64,000 nt of DNA from Candidatus Obscuribacteraceae bacterium (lineage in GTDB: Bacteria; Cyanobacteriota; Vampirovibrionia; Obscuribacterales; Obscuribacteraceae): assembly GCA_044229845.1 (NCBI GenBank), contig JBGASG010000002.1, positions 1 to 64,000 of the forward strand, in the 5' to 3' direction. The translations under genes and the position numbers were made by a program. Below are positions 1 through 9,830 of this stretch, in pieces (the first letter of the stretch is position 1; every line of letters begins with the position of its first letter). The notes beneath the pieces are model-generated. The model searched no databases. It had not been told where the DNA came from and saw only the letters and a program-made list of their open reading frames with translations.

Positions 1-125
1 ATTTTCTGAGCCAGTTCGGGCGTCAAGACTTTGGTGGCGCGGTTGGTGCCATCCGCCAGCGCCAGACCGGCCGCCGCCAGCGCCACAAGCGCTGATAGCG
101 CTGTTGAAACAATCATTCGTCGCAT
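1..125 (-). CDS. Secreted protein, 5' part only (runs off the window edge)
   Basis: Manual translation from ATG at 125 gives MRRMIVSTALSALVALAAAGLALADGTN..., a Sec-type signal peptide ending in ALA; GAGG RBS upstream. Confidence 0.7.
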   Translation of the reverse strand, partial: MRRMIVSTALSALVALAAAGLALADGTNRATKVLTPELAQK

Positions 126-412
126 AGATTGATACCTCGATAAAGGTGTTGTTGATTGGCGCACAATCGAGCAGCGCGGTGCGCTCGGGTGAGCCCAGGT
201 TAGGCTGCTCGCCCCCAGCCGCCGGCGCGGGGCGCGAGCAGTTGACGACCGAGATCACGGCTGCCCAGATGAGGCATACAGCGAACGCGGCATTACCGGA
301 TGAACGAGCCCGGTGAAATGACATAGATAAGGATTCCGATTGCAGTAAACGACAGTCGATAAAGGACTACGGGATCCTACATCATCGGCAGTGCATACAT
401 CTACACTCGGCA

Positions 413-458
413 AAATATAGTGGCGCTACCGCCCGCGGCTGGTAGCGCCACTATATTT
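413..458. terminator. 18-bp perfect inverted repeat, probable intrinsic terminator of the zinc-ribbon gene
   Basis: AAATATAGTGGCGCTACC (413-430), 10-nt loop, GGTAGCGCCACTATATTT (441-458); lies about 45 bp past the stop at 503. Confidence 0.55.
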
Positions 459-502
459 GGTGCGCGTCCCGAAGAAATTACGAGACTTTCGAGAGGCGTA
501 CG

Positions 503-853
503 TCAGGAGAGGGAGCAGAACGGGCAGCAAGGACGATTGGTCTCGTCGGTGCTGTCCGGTTTGACGTACCAGAGATGCTCCGGATTACGGCGGCACATCC
601 ACCAACCGCGGCGAATGAAGGACGGAATCGCGCCACGCGACGGCGGAGGGACTGCGGTCTGCACCATTTGCTCCTCGAGATCGACATGTGGGCGACCGGC
701 ACAGCAAGGACACTCGTTGCCCTCGAAAATACCGCTTGTGGCATCGGCTTGCCAGACATGCCCCGGTCCTGCCGAACAGATCCACCAGATGCGATCCTGA
801 TGATCGCTAACAACAACCAATTCTTGATTCATAGAAGTCACCCTGTGCGTCAT
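503..853 (-). CDS. Protein with two zinc-ribbon repeats (DUF4379-like)
   Basis: Two WWxC..H-x-W...CPxC units: WWICSAGPGHVW...ECPCC and WWMCRRNPEHLW...CCPFC. Confidence 0.75.
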   Translation of the reverse strand: MTHRVTSMNQELVVVSDHQDRIWWICSAGPGHVWQADATSGIFEGNECPCCAGRPHVDLEEQMVQTAVPPPSRGAIPSFIRRGWWMCRRNPEHLWYVKPDSTDETNRPCCPFCSLS

Positions 854-1003
854 GAGAGCAACACCCGCAAAATCGTTGTAGCATCTGCGTTTCCAACAAT
901 GCGATTGGACAGCCTATAATTTGCCCGGGCCCGCGATCGGCGATCCGGGCAAAGACCGGACAGTTGCCGGTTTTCAGCGCTGCAGATTGCCAGGAGGCAA
1001 GCC

Positions 1004-3916
1004 ATGGGGTTATGGAAGAAACGCACGGCTCTGGTCGCGAAACTGGCGCTGCTGGCGGTTTCCGCCCAGGTCTGGGCGCCGGCCGGCGGCAGCGACCAAG
1101 TAGTCAATAGCCTGCAAGAAGGCGAACCTTATTATCGCGGCAAGAGCGAGACGCAGTACGCACGCGAGCGAAAGGTGGACATTCTGCACCTCTTGCTGGA
1201 CGTCACGCCTGATTTTGAGAAACGCACCATCAAGGGCGAGATGACCATGACCTTCGAACCGCTGGTCAAGCCGGTTGAGGAACTGCGCCTCGATGCCATC
1301 GATATGGACGTCGCCGAAGTCATCTGCTCGGCACCGCTCTCCGGATATCAGGTCACCGACAAAGAGATCATCGTCACGTTCGAGCAGCCCATTCCGGCAA
1401 AGAAACAAACAAAGCTCTCGATCAAATATTCGGCGCGCCCTAAGAAAGGCCTGTACTTTCGCGTTCCCTCCAACGGCTACGAAGCGAAGAACATGCACGT
1501 CTTCTCGCAGTGCGAAATGATCGAAGCGCGACACTGGTTTCCCTGCTACGACTACCCGAATGAGAAATTCACGTCTTCCATCACCTGCCGCGTGCCGGAA
1601 GCAATGATGGTGGCATCGAACGGCAAACAGATTTCTTCGACTAAAGATGCGGAAACCGGCTTGAAGGCAGTCACCTGGTTACAAGACAAACCGCACAGCA
1701 ATTACTTGATCACTCTGGTGGCAGGAAACTTCGCCAGAACGGAAGAGAAGTATAAGGACGTGCCGCTGCAATATTACTCGCTGCCGGTCGACGAAGCATA
1801 CAGCGCACCAACGTACGCAGACACGCCCAAGATGATGGCTTTCTTGGAGAAAGAAACGGGCGTGCCTTACCCCTGGGACAAGTACGGACAGGTGGCGGTG
1901 CAGGACTTCCCGATGGTGGGCATGGAGAACACGTCGCTCACCACTCTGGCTGACACCATGTTGTGCTCGCCAGATACGCAGACGATTCAAACCAGCATCG
2001 GTCCATACACCACCGAAGAACTCCTGCTGCACGAACTGGCGCATCAGTGGTTCGGCGATCTGGTCACCTGCCGTGACTGGAGCCATGCCTGGCTCAACGA
2101 AGGCTTCGCGACGTACTACGCACAAATCTACCTGGCGCTCACGCAAGGACGCGACGGCATGATCGCCGACTGGGGCAACATGCGCGATGAGGTGCTCTAT
2201 CAGAAATGGGAATGGCGTCCAGTCGTCAACCGGCAGTACAACGATCCGGAAGAGCAATTCGATCATCGCGCCTATTTCAAAGCAGCCTGGGTGCTGCGGA
2301 TGCTCAGAGAAGAGTTGGGAGACGAGCTGTTTCGCAAGAGCATTCAGACATATTTGCAAAAGCACAAGTTTCAAAACGTGATCACATCAGACTTCACGTC
2401 AATCGTCGAAGAGGTTTCCGGAAAGCCGTTTGATCGTTTCTTCGATCAGTGGCTGCACAAGCCCGGACATCCTGAGGTGGCAGTCGAATACTCGTGGGAT
2501 GAGAAGACCAAACTGGCGAAACTGACAGTTACGCAGCAACAGCGTTCGAGAGCTTACTGGAATACTGCCGGTTCGTCCCCGCCGGGCAACGGACCCCATC
2601 CTGATAGTTCCGGAGACTCGGCAGGGAGCGAGTGGGGTTATGCGGGCAGTGGCGATGGCGGTGGTGGCATAGGCGGCGGCGGCGCAAGCGGTGGTGGTGG
2701 CGCGGGCGGCGGTGGTGGCTCGGGCGGTGGCGGCGGCGCTGCCGGTGAGCGCGATGAACCGACCGTCTTCCACTTTCCCCTGACCGTCAGATTCAAGGGC
2801 GACAACGAAACCATCACCCGCCGGATAGATGTAACCAATAAGAAGGAGGACTTCTCCTTCTCACTCAAGAACGCACCAAAAATAGTGCAGGTCGATCCCG
2901 AGTGCGTGTTGCTCGCCGAAATAGATTTCACACCGTCCACCACCATGCTCTTTGCGCAACTCGAAGACAAGTCCGACCCGGTAGCGAGAATGGACGCCGC
3001 GGACAAGCTGCGACGCAACAAGTCCGGCACTGCGGTGACGAAACTGATGACGGCGCTGATCACCGACGAATCGATTCCAGTCCGTATCGCGTGCGCCAAT
3101 TCACTGCGCAGAATTCATTCGGACGAAGCGCTCGATGCTTTGCTCTCGGCCACCAAACAACGTGACGCGCGCGTAAAAAATGCCGTCATCGAAAACATCG
3201 GCAAGTTCTACCATCCGCGCGCCGAGGAGGCATTGCTGGCGGTGCTCGATACTGAGAAGAACCCGTCCGTAGTTAATACTGCCTGCCTGGGTTTGAGCGC
3301 CTACAACGACGACAAGTCGCGGACGGCATTGATCAAAAGCCTGGGCACCGAGTCGTTTCATGACCTGATCGCAGTCGGTGCGCTGCAAGCCATCAGGGCA
3401 CAGGCGGAACCCTTCTATATAGATGCGGTCAAACAGTTCGTCACCAAAAATGCCGGGGACAGCCTCGCCAGCGAAACCTTCCGGGAGGCGCTCGACACAC
3501 TGGCGGTGATCAGCAAAAAGGAAGAAGACAAATCACTGGATGACTCGCGCAACTTCATTCTGCAATATATCAATGACAAACGCGAGCCCGTGCAGGTCGC
3601 CGCTATTCGAGCTCTGGGCGCACTCGGAGATCCCAAAGCCATGGCAGCACTGAGAACATTTGCTTCCGGTCCCTCGGACAGCTCAGTCACCATGGCGGCA
3701 TCCGGCGCAATATATAAAATCCAGCGCGGTGCCAAGCCGCAAGAAGCCTTGAAGGACATGCGCAGGGATATGAAGGAACTAAAAGATCAGCAACGCGAGC
3801 TCAAACAAAAAATTGAAAAGATCGCTAAAGATAGAGAGAAGGAAAAGGCACCACCTGCTGCGAAGAAGGAAGTGCGCTCGCGAGTGCTGCCTAAAACGGG
3901 GCGCGTGAATTGGTGA
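1004..3916 (+). CDS. pepN: M1-family aminopeptidase with HEAT repeats and C-terminal coiled coil
   Basis: VGMEN exopeptidase motif, HELAHQWFG...WLNEGFA zinc motif, AYFKAA catalytic Tyr, HEAT-like repeats, N-terminal signal-like segment. Confidence 0.9.
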   Translation: MGLWKKRTALVAKLALLAVSAQVWAPAGGSDQVVNSLQEGEPYYRGKSETQYARERKVDILHLLLDVTPDFEKRTIKGEMTMTFEPLVKPVEELRLDAIDMDVAEVICSAPLSGYQVTDKEIIVTFEQPIPAKKQTKLSIKYSARPKKGLYFRVPSNGYEAKNMHVFSQCEMIEARHWFPCYDYPNEKFTSSITCRVPEAMMVASNGKQISSTKDAETGLKAVTWLQDKPHSNYLITLVAGNFARTEEKYKDVPLQYYSLPVDEAYSAPTYADTPKMMAFLEKETGVPYPWDKYGQVAVQDFPMVGMENTSLTTLADTMLCSPDTQTIQTSIGPYTTEELLLHELAHQWFGDLVTCRDWSHAWLNEGFATYYAQIYLALTQGRDGMIADWGNMRDEVLYQKWEWRPVVNRQYNDPEEQFDHRAYFKAAWVLRMLREELGDELFRKSIQTYLQKHKFQNVITSDFTSIVEEVSGKPFDRFFDQWLHKPGHPEVAVEYSWDEKTKLAKLTVTQQQRSRAYWNTAGSSPPGNGPHPDSSGDSAGSEWGYAGSGDGGGGIGGGGASGGGGAGGGGGSGGGGGAAGERDEPTVFHFPLTVRFKGDNETITRRIDVTNKKEDFSFSLKNAPKIVQVDPECVLLAEIDFTPSTTMLFAQLEDKSDPVARMDAADKLRRNKSGTAVTKLMTALITDESIPVRIACANSLRRIHSDEALDALLSATKQRDARVKNAVIENIGKFYHPRAEEALLAVLDTEKNPSVVNTACLGLSAYNDDKSRTALIKSLGTESFHDLIAVGALQAIRAQAEPFYIDAVKQFVTKNAGDSLASETFREALDTLAVISKKEEDKSLDDSRNFILQYINDKREPVQVAAIRALGALGDPKAMAALRTFASGPSDSSVTMAASGAIYKIQRGAKPQEALKDMRRDMKELKDQQRELKQKIEKIAKDREKEKAPPAAKKEVRSRVLPKTGRVNW

Positions 3917-4815
3917 GGATTCTCTACTGGCTGAAGCTGCTGATCAAAGCATTGCTGATCGCCATTCTAATTGTTGCAGTCGGGACTTACGTGTTCTTCA
4001 TTCCACGTATCTTCGGATACACGTGCGGGCAGATTATCCTTATGCCGTTTCCGCCTGATGAATCATACGAATACAAATCGCTGCGCGGTGTCGAGAAGCA
4101 GGATGTTTTCATAGGCACCGGCGACGGTGCCAAGTTGCACGGCTGGTTTTACAAGCTGCCCGACAGCAAGTATGTGGCACTGATCAGCCATGGCAATGCA
4201 GGACACATCGGCGGGCGCTTGCTGCTCGCCGACGCGCTGCTGGACTCGGGAATCTCGGTGTTGCTCTATGACTACCGCGGATACGGACGCAGCACCGGCA
4301 CCTCCAAATTGCAGACGCTGGTGCCGGATGCCGATGCGGCGTTCACATATCTGGTGCACGAGCAAAACTACAAACCGGCGCAGATTATCCTGGTCGGTGA
4401 GTCAATCGGCAGCGCCGTGACCAGCGATTTGCTCAAGCTGCACCCCGATGTTGCGGGCATCGTGTTGGTTTCTCCCTTCACCTCGCTGCTGCGGTTGGCG
4501 CGCCAGAAGATTCCGTACTTCTATGTTTATCCGGACTTCCTGGACTTCGACCCCGCCCTCAACAATATGGAAATGGTGCAAGCCGCGCATCCGCCGCTCC
4601 TGATCACGCACGGCGACCGCGACACACTGGTGCCTTTCTCTGAGAGCGAGAGACTTTTTGCCGTCGCCATAGAACCGAAGATGTTCATGCCTCTGAAAAA
4701 TGGCGGGCACAATGACTACATTCAAGATCACGAGTTTTTCAAAAAAGGCGTTCTGGATTATCTGAAATCGGTCGATGCCGCCGCCGCGAAGAAGAGCGAG
4801 AGCGGGGCGCATTAG
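3910..4815 (+). CDS. Membrane-anchored alpha/beta hydrolase (ABHD13/Bem46-like)
   Basis: HGNAG, DYRGYG, GESIG nucleophile elbow, HGDRD, GGHND; overlaps the pepN stop. Confidence 0.9.
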   Translation: MVRILYWLKLLIKALLIAILIVAVGTYVFFIPRIFGYTCGQIILMPFPPDESYEYKSLRGVEKQDVFIGTGDGAKLHGWFYKLPDSKYVALISHGNAGHIGGRLLLADALLDSGISVLLYDYRGYGRSTGTSKLQTLVPDADAAFTYLVHEQNYKPAQIILVGESIGSAVTSDLLKLHPDVAGIVLVSPFTSLLRLARQKIPYFYVYPDFLDFDPALNNMEMVQAAHPPLLITHGDRDTLVPFSESERLFAVAIEPKMFMPLKNGGHNDYIQDHEFFKKGVLDYLKSVDAAAAKKSESGAH

Positions 4816-4987
4816 GCGCGTGCAGTTCACCGATCGGTGTGTTATGCTGAGTGAGCGCCCGGCATTGAAGCCAAATTCGCAGCAGCATCAAGCAGATGAC
4901 TGTTGCAATTATCGCCGCTGTGGGCGTCGACGAGACGGACCGGGAATCCACCGCCGCGCGCACAGCTACAATACAGAGGTCCTTTTT

Positions 4988-6193
4988 ATGATCGATCAGA
5001 ACTACGAAGTGCTGAGGGTCGAAGACGGGAAGCCCATCAAAATGTGGACCAAGGGCGTCCCGGTTGAAGACCAGGCCAAACAGCAACTCATCAATATCTC
5101 CAAGATGCCGTTTATCTTCCGTCAGGTTGTCGTCATGCCTGACGTGCACTACGGTATCGGCGCGACCGTCGGTTCGGTGATACCAACCGTCGGCGCAGTC
5201 ATTCCTGCTGCAGTCGGTGTCGACATCGGTTGCGGTATGGTCGCTGTGCGTACTTCACTCTCCGCCGAAGACATGCCCGAGAGTCTCGCTAAGTTGAGAT
5301 CGGCAATCGAGAAGGCGGTGCCGGTCGGTCAGGGCGATTTTGGCGATGACGTTCCCAAGCACAACGAAGAGGCTTGGTTCAATATCCTCGGCACACAATT
5401 CGAAGACATCAAAGCCAAGCATCCTGGTGTTGTGACCAGGAGAGATCCGTCTGCCCAGCTGGGCACCCTCGGTGGTGGCAACCACTTCATCGAGTTGTGC
5501 CTGGACAAGGAAGGGCGGCTGTGGGTGATGCTGCATTCCGGATCGAGAGGCATCGGCAACCGCATCGGGACGTACTTCATCGAACTTGCCAGGCAAGATA
5601 TGAGGAAGTACTTCGTCAATCTGCCGGACATCGACCTGGCGTATTTCCCCGATGGCACCGAGCACTTCAAAGATTACGTCGAGGCGGTGGAATGGGCGCA
5701 GAGCTACGCCATGCATAACAGGCAGGCGATGCTCAAGCAAATTGTCGACGCGGTGCGGGGGCAACTGCCCCCGTTTACGCTCACCGACGAAGTGATCAAC
5801 TGCCACCACAACTACATCTCGCGCGAGCACCACTTCGATCAGGATGTAATCATCACGAGAAAAGGGGCGGTGCGGGCCAGGCGCGGCGACATGGGGATCA
5901 TCCCCGGGTCGATGGGCACCCGGTCTTACATCGTGAGAGGAAAGGGAAACAAGGAATCCTTCGACTCCTGCTCCCACGGTGCCGGCAGAAAAATGTCGAG
6001 AAACTCGGCAAAGGCCAAGTACACGCTGGACGACCACATCAAGGCCACCGAAGGTGTCGAGTGCAGGAAGGACAGCGGCGTGCTGGACGAAACGCCTGCG
6101 GCGTACAAGCCCATCGAAGATGTGATGGCGGCGCAGTCCGATCTCGTGGAAGTCGTCCACGAATTGAAGCAGATTCTCTGCGTCAAAGGCTGA
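4988..6193 (+). CDS. rtcB: RtcB-family 3'-phosphate/5'-OH RNA ligase
   Basis: MPDVHYG, VGVDIGCG, GTLGGGNHFIE, LHSGSRG, PGSMG, SCSHGAGR, DETPAAYK motifs; ATG at 4988 after AGAGG. Confidence 0.95.
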   Translation: MIDQNYEVLRVEDGKPIKMWTKGVPVEDQAKQQLINISKMPFIFRQVVVMPDVHYGIGATVGSVIPTVGAVIPAAVGVDIGCGMVAVRTSLSAEDMPESLAKLRSAIEKAVPVGQGDFGDDVPKHNEEAWFNILGTQFEDIKAKHPGVVTRRDPSAQLGTLGGGNHFIELCLDKEGRLWVMLHSGSRGIGNRIGTYFIELARQDMRKYFVNLPDIDLAYFPDGTEHFKDYVEAVEWAQSYAMHNRQAMLKQIVDAVRGQLPPFTLTDEVINCHHNYISREHHFDQDVIITRKGAVRARRGDMGIIPGSMGTRSYIVRGKGNKESFDSCSHGAGRKMSRNSAKAKYTLDDHIKATEGVECRKDSGVLDETPAAYKPIEDVMAAQSDLVEVVHELKQILCVKG

Positions 6194-6202
6194 CCAAACA
6201 AA

Positions 6203-6236
6203 AGCGGCGCGTTGTGGGATACACGGCGCGCCGTTC
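6203..6236 (+). terminator. Hairpin downstream of rtcB
   Basis: GCGGCGCGTTGTG...CACGGCGCGCCGT stem about 10 bp after the stop; no clear U-tract on the + strand. Confidence 0.4.
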
Positions 6237-6405
6237 AGTCTATCCTGGATGAGACGGCTGGCGAGATGTCCGAATATACCCAATGCGTATAAAATGAGCC
6301 TTTGTTTTGTACGTATTAGGTATATTCCAGAACGGAGGCGCGAAACTTTTGGCGAAGCGCCGGGTATTGGAAGATATAACCCGTTTTGAGCAGGGAGAGT
6401 CGGCT

Positions 6406-7587
6406 ATGACCTCGGGACGAAACTTTGCGAAGTCGGCGTGGACAGTTGCATTGACGATGTCGATGCTGTTTCTGCCGCAGATCGGCGGGGGACCGGCACC
6501 GGCGGATCAGTCGGGGTGGGCGCAGGCGCAGTCTTCGCAGGGTTTCGGGCCGCGGCAGGGCATTTTGCGTCAACGGCTGCGCCAGCGCATTATGGGGCAG
6601 TCCGGTTCGGGCGCGGGTGCCGCGACGGCGACGGGGGGCGCGGGCGCGGCGGCGGGGGGCACGGGTTCCGCGACGGGGTCCGACGCGGGAGCAACCGGGA
6701 ACGCGGGCACGGCGGTGACGGGGGACACGGCGGCGGCAGATCCGCGCACGCCGGCGACTAAGGCTGCCGAGAAAGAGGCGTGGTTCACCGAGATGCGCCG
6801 CCAGAAACATGGTCCGACGACTGCATCTAAATATACGATTGCCGGGCTCGACGTAGCGGTCTGGAAGCCGAAGACAACCACCGGTCCGGCGCCGCTGGTG
6901 ATTTTCTCGCACGGGTTTCATGGCATCAACACGCAAAGCGACTACATCATGCGGGCGCTGGCTGATGCCGGGTACATCGTCATGGCCCCTAATCACGAAG
7001 ACGCCTTCACCAAGGGTTTGCATCCGCCCGAGATGAGATTTCAGCTCGCCTCGCAGTGGACCGACACGACTTATCGCAGACGCGGCAACGACATCACCAG
7101 GCTGCTCGCGGCACTGAAAGCCGACAAAGAGTGGAGTCATCAGATCGACATGACGCGCATCGCTCTCATGGGGCACTCGCTCGGAGGCTACACGGTGCTG
7201 GCCCTGGCAGGCGGCTGGCCGCAGTGGAAGCTTCCAGGCATCAAGGCGGTCGTGGCATTGTCCCCGTACTGTTCACCGTTTTTGGTGCACAAGACTCTGT
7301 CCAACATCAGCGTTCCCGTCATGTATCAGGGCGGCACCAAAGACTGGGGCATCACGCCGTTTCTTCTCGGCAAAAATGGTGCCTATACCAGCACGCCGTC
7401 GCCCGCGGTTCTGGTCGAAGTGCAGGACGCCAATCACTTCACATGGTCGGGGCTGAATAAAGATCAGGACAAAGCGGAAATCATCGACTATTACTGCGTC
7501 TCATTCCTGGACAAGTACGTCAAAGGCGATACCGGCGCGCATCCGGAAAAACAACTTCAGGGCGTCTGCCGAATCGAAGCCAAATAA
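6406..7587 (+). CDS. Secreted alpha/beta hydrolase (dienelactone hydrolase/PAF-acetylhydrolase-like)
   Basis: IFSHG, GHSLGG, Asp/His triad candidates, signal peptide, Gly/Ala/Thr linker; GGGAG RBS before ATG 6406. Confidence 0.85.
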   Translation: MTSGRNFAKSAWTVALTMSMLFLPQIGGGPAPADQSGWAQAQSSQGFGPRQGILRQRLRQRIMGQSGSGAGAATATGGAGAAAGGTGSATGSDAGATGNAGTAVTGDTAAADPRTPATKAAEKEAWFTEMRRQKHGPTTASKYTIAGLDVAVWKPKTTTGPAPLVIFSHGFHGINTQSDYIMRALADAGYIVMAPNHEDAFTKGLHPPEMRFQLASQWTDTTYRRRGNDITRLLAALKADKEWSHQIDMTRIALMGHSLGGYTVLALAGGWPQWKLPGIKAVVALSPYCSPFLVHKTLSNISVPVMYQGGTKDWGITPFLLGKNGAYTSTPSPAVLVEVQDANHFTWSGLNKDQDKAEIIDYYCVSFLDKYVKGDTGAHPEKQLQGVCRIEAK

Positions 7588-8465
7588 GGCTCGACAAAAC
7601 GGCGCACTCGCTGCTGCAACTCAGGAGTCTCACGATCCATATTGACGTGCAACAGCGCCACCGACCAACGCGGTTCGCTGGCGATGAACTGGATTTGGTC
7701 TAGTAGCCAGTCACTCATCAAATCTTCGAGCGCCCCGGCGCCCACCAATCCCAGATAGTCGGATTGCTCGACGACATCGTCGACTGACTCGAGCAAGCAG
7801 CCGACGGCAGCCAGCTTTTCCTCTCGACTATCGTAGTCGAAAAGCAGGTCGGACGCCCAACCATTTTGATCGAGCGTTTTGAATCCGTCGCGATGCCAGG
7901 TCTGGTGCGCGGCGGCAAATTCCTCGGGCTTGCACAAAATGTCGTAAAGCCACGGCGGCTGCAAGGCGGCATCCCAGATCAGACGATCGCCGAAGTAGAC
8001 GCAAAACTCGCCGGGCTGCCAGTTTGCCGCGCCTTCCCCGGCGGTGCCCGCCGGCAGCCAGTGCGCGTAGTAGGCGTGGTGCTCTATTACGGGGGCGTGC
8101 AACTCATGCCCGCACACCACAACACGCACGTAATCCGGATAGCTGAAGGAATTGCTGGCTGTCGGCACCACCGACCAGCAAAACACGCCCGAGCCCGACG
8201 GCGGCACCACGGCCGCGCGGCTCTTGCGGTCTGTAAGTCTTTCCGCCCAACCGACCGCCGTCCAACCGCCCTGCGTATCCTGCTCGCAGCGCACCACCAC
8301 AGTCGGGTAGAGCGAGTTGGGTCCCAAAACGACCAGCGCTTCGTTGTCGTGGTGCGCCGTGAATATCGCGTAGGTGGGCGGCAGACTCGCGTAGTTGCGC
8401 GCCTTCCAGTACTCCAGGACCAGGTATCCCGCAGCGTCTTCGGCATTCTTGAACGTTTCGGACAT
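7557..8465 (-). CDS. Hypothetical protein with C-terminal DUF6869-like region
   Basis: 302-aa ORF; LVGAGALEDL resembles the GAGPLEDL motif; 31-nt convergent overlap with the upstream gene. Confidence 0.65.
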   Translation of the reverse strand: MSETFKNAEDAAGYLVLEYWKARNYASLPPTYAIFTAHHDNEALVVLGPNSLYPTVVVRCEQDTQGGWTAVGWAERLTDRKSRAAVVPPSGSGVFCWSVVPTASNSFSYPDYVRVVVCGHELHAPVIEHHAYYAHWLPAGTAGEGAANWQPGEFCVYFGDRLIWDAALQPPWLYDILCKPEEFAAAHQTWHRDGFKTLDQNGWASDLLFDYDSREEKLAAVGCLLESVDDVVEQSDYLGLVGAGALEDLMSDWLLDQIQFIASEPRWSVALLHVNMDRETPELQQRVRRFVEPYLASIRQTP

Positions 8466-8869
8466 CTGATAGCCACACCACGTCGAGCAAAGCCACTATA
8501 CCAGCTCCGGTTGTCAACCGCACGCGCTAAATTGCGCAGCCGGTAAGGCACCGCTGGTCAGTCAAAAATCAAAGGCACCATATGCGGTGCCAGTCAATCG
8601 CTGGCCGCGCAACCACGGCACACAAAATGAAAGCGCGATCAGACTCGGTGCGCGGCGCTTCTCTAACTCGTAAAACGCCACTCAGAGCGGCTGTTGCAAC
8701 ATTTCTCAACGCAATTGAATGATACGTTTTGCAAACGGCAGCGGCGGTCTGCTCTGAATGCCACTGTTCATGCCGCTTTCGCAGCCCGCGCTAAGTGTTA
8801 CGCAAATGTTCGCATAGGGTTGTGCTGGAACGCTCATTGGGAGACACTTGCAGGGTAGCTGCTGTCTTT

Positions 8870-9043
8870 ATGGAGCACGATCCGATGGAACCAATCACGA
8901 CTAATGTCCCGCAGGTTGTCGCTGAGGAACTCTCGAATGTTCCTTCTCCCGAAAAGAAGACATCCTCGGACATTCGCAGCGAAGCTAAACCGGCGAAAAC
9001 TGCTGAACCAAAAGAGATCTGGTACGAAGGCGCAGCTATTTGA
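8870..9043 (+). CDS. Possible small protein (52-57 aa)
   Basis: ATG 8870 or 8885 (GGAG upstream of the latter); protein-like composition, no known motif. Confidence 0.35.
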   Translation: MEHDPMEPITTNVPQVVAEELSNVPSPEKKTSSDIRSEAKPAKTAEPKEIWYEGAAI

Positions 9044-9710
9044 TTTCGAGAGAATCCATGGTGGCGCCGGCGGTTTTGGCGTATTTCTCGTACCGTTCAT
9101 CGAGGGCGCAATAAGCGACTTCCTGAATGTCTTCGCCTTCATCGCCCCTGTCGATTTCTTCCGGTCGCATTACATAGATCGTTTTCGATATCCTGGTGGT
9201 GCCCGCATCCGCGTCTTTGAACTGGCGACGTACAAGCAGAACGCGCACTCCATTGATGCTGAGCGTTTCGGCTGTTTCTTCACCCTTGATGGTGCTGCGC
9301 ATCGCACCTTGCACCGACTGCAGCTCGGCGTCGCTGAGTTTGTGGTCTTTGCCTTCCAGCACCGCGCGTAGTGCCTGACCGTCGCTCTCTTGTTCGAGCG
9401 GTCCGCGATCTCGAATGGTCAGCGAGACGTTATCCGCTGTCTCGCGCGACGGATTCCAGGTCGCTACGTATGTGCCTTTATCTTCCTCCAGCCCGTCGTA
9501 CGTCCAACCGCTCGGCGACTTGAACGAGCGAATCGGACCGGTGGCGATTTTTTCGTGCGCCTTGTAATCGGCGAAATTCAAAATCGCCATGGTGGCGACA
9601 AACGGCAGCGCCAGCGCGCCCATCATGGCAAGTGCGACGAGCACGGCGGCGGAAATGCCGACGAACGCGAGCACTCCAACTACTACTTTGGTTGTCGTCG
9701 AGGTAGCCAT
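9036..9710 (-). CDS. Hypothetical membrane-anchored protein
   Basis: 224 aa; long hydrophobic N-terminus followed by a soluble domain. Confidence 0.75.
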   Translation of the reverse strand: MATSTTTKVVVGVLAFVGISAAVLVALAMMGALALPFVATMAILNFADYKAHEKIATGPIRSFKSPSGWTYDGLEEDKGTYVATWNPSRETADNVSLTIRDRGPLEQESDGQALRAVLEGKDHKLSDAELQSVQGAMRSTIKGEETAETLSINGVRVLLVRRQFKDADAGTTRISKTIYVMRPEEIDRGDEGEDIQEVAYCALDERYEKYAKTAGATMDSLEIK

Positions 9711-9830
9711 GGCTGCCTGCCGCCGGGTCCTGTGTCACCTTCAACAGACAACAGCTTACCCTGAATCGTTAAAATAGGCGATGGGCGTGCTAACATCGTC
9801 CCTCAAACAGTGCGCCGAGGGCGATTTGCC

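Noticed and set aside
4775..4987. N-terminal extension of RtcB in the ORF track
   Set aside because: It overlaps the upstream gene; the RBS and family N-terminus support ATG 4988.
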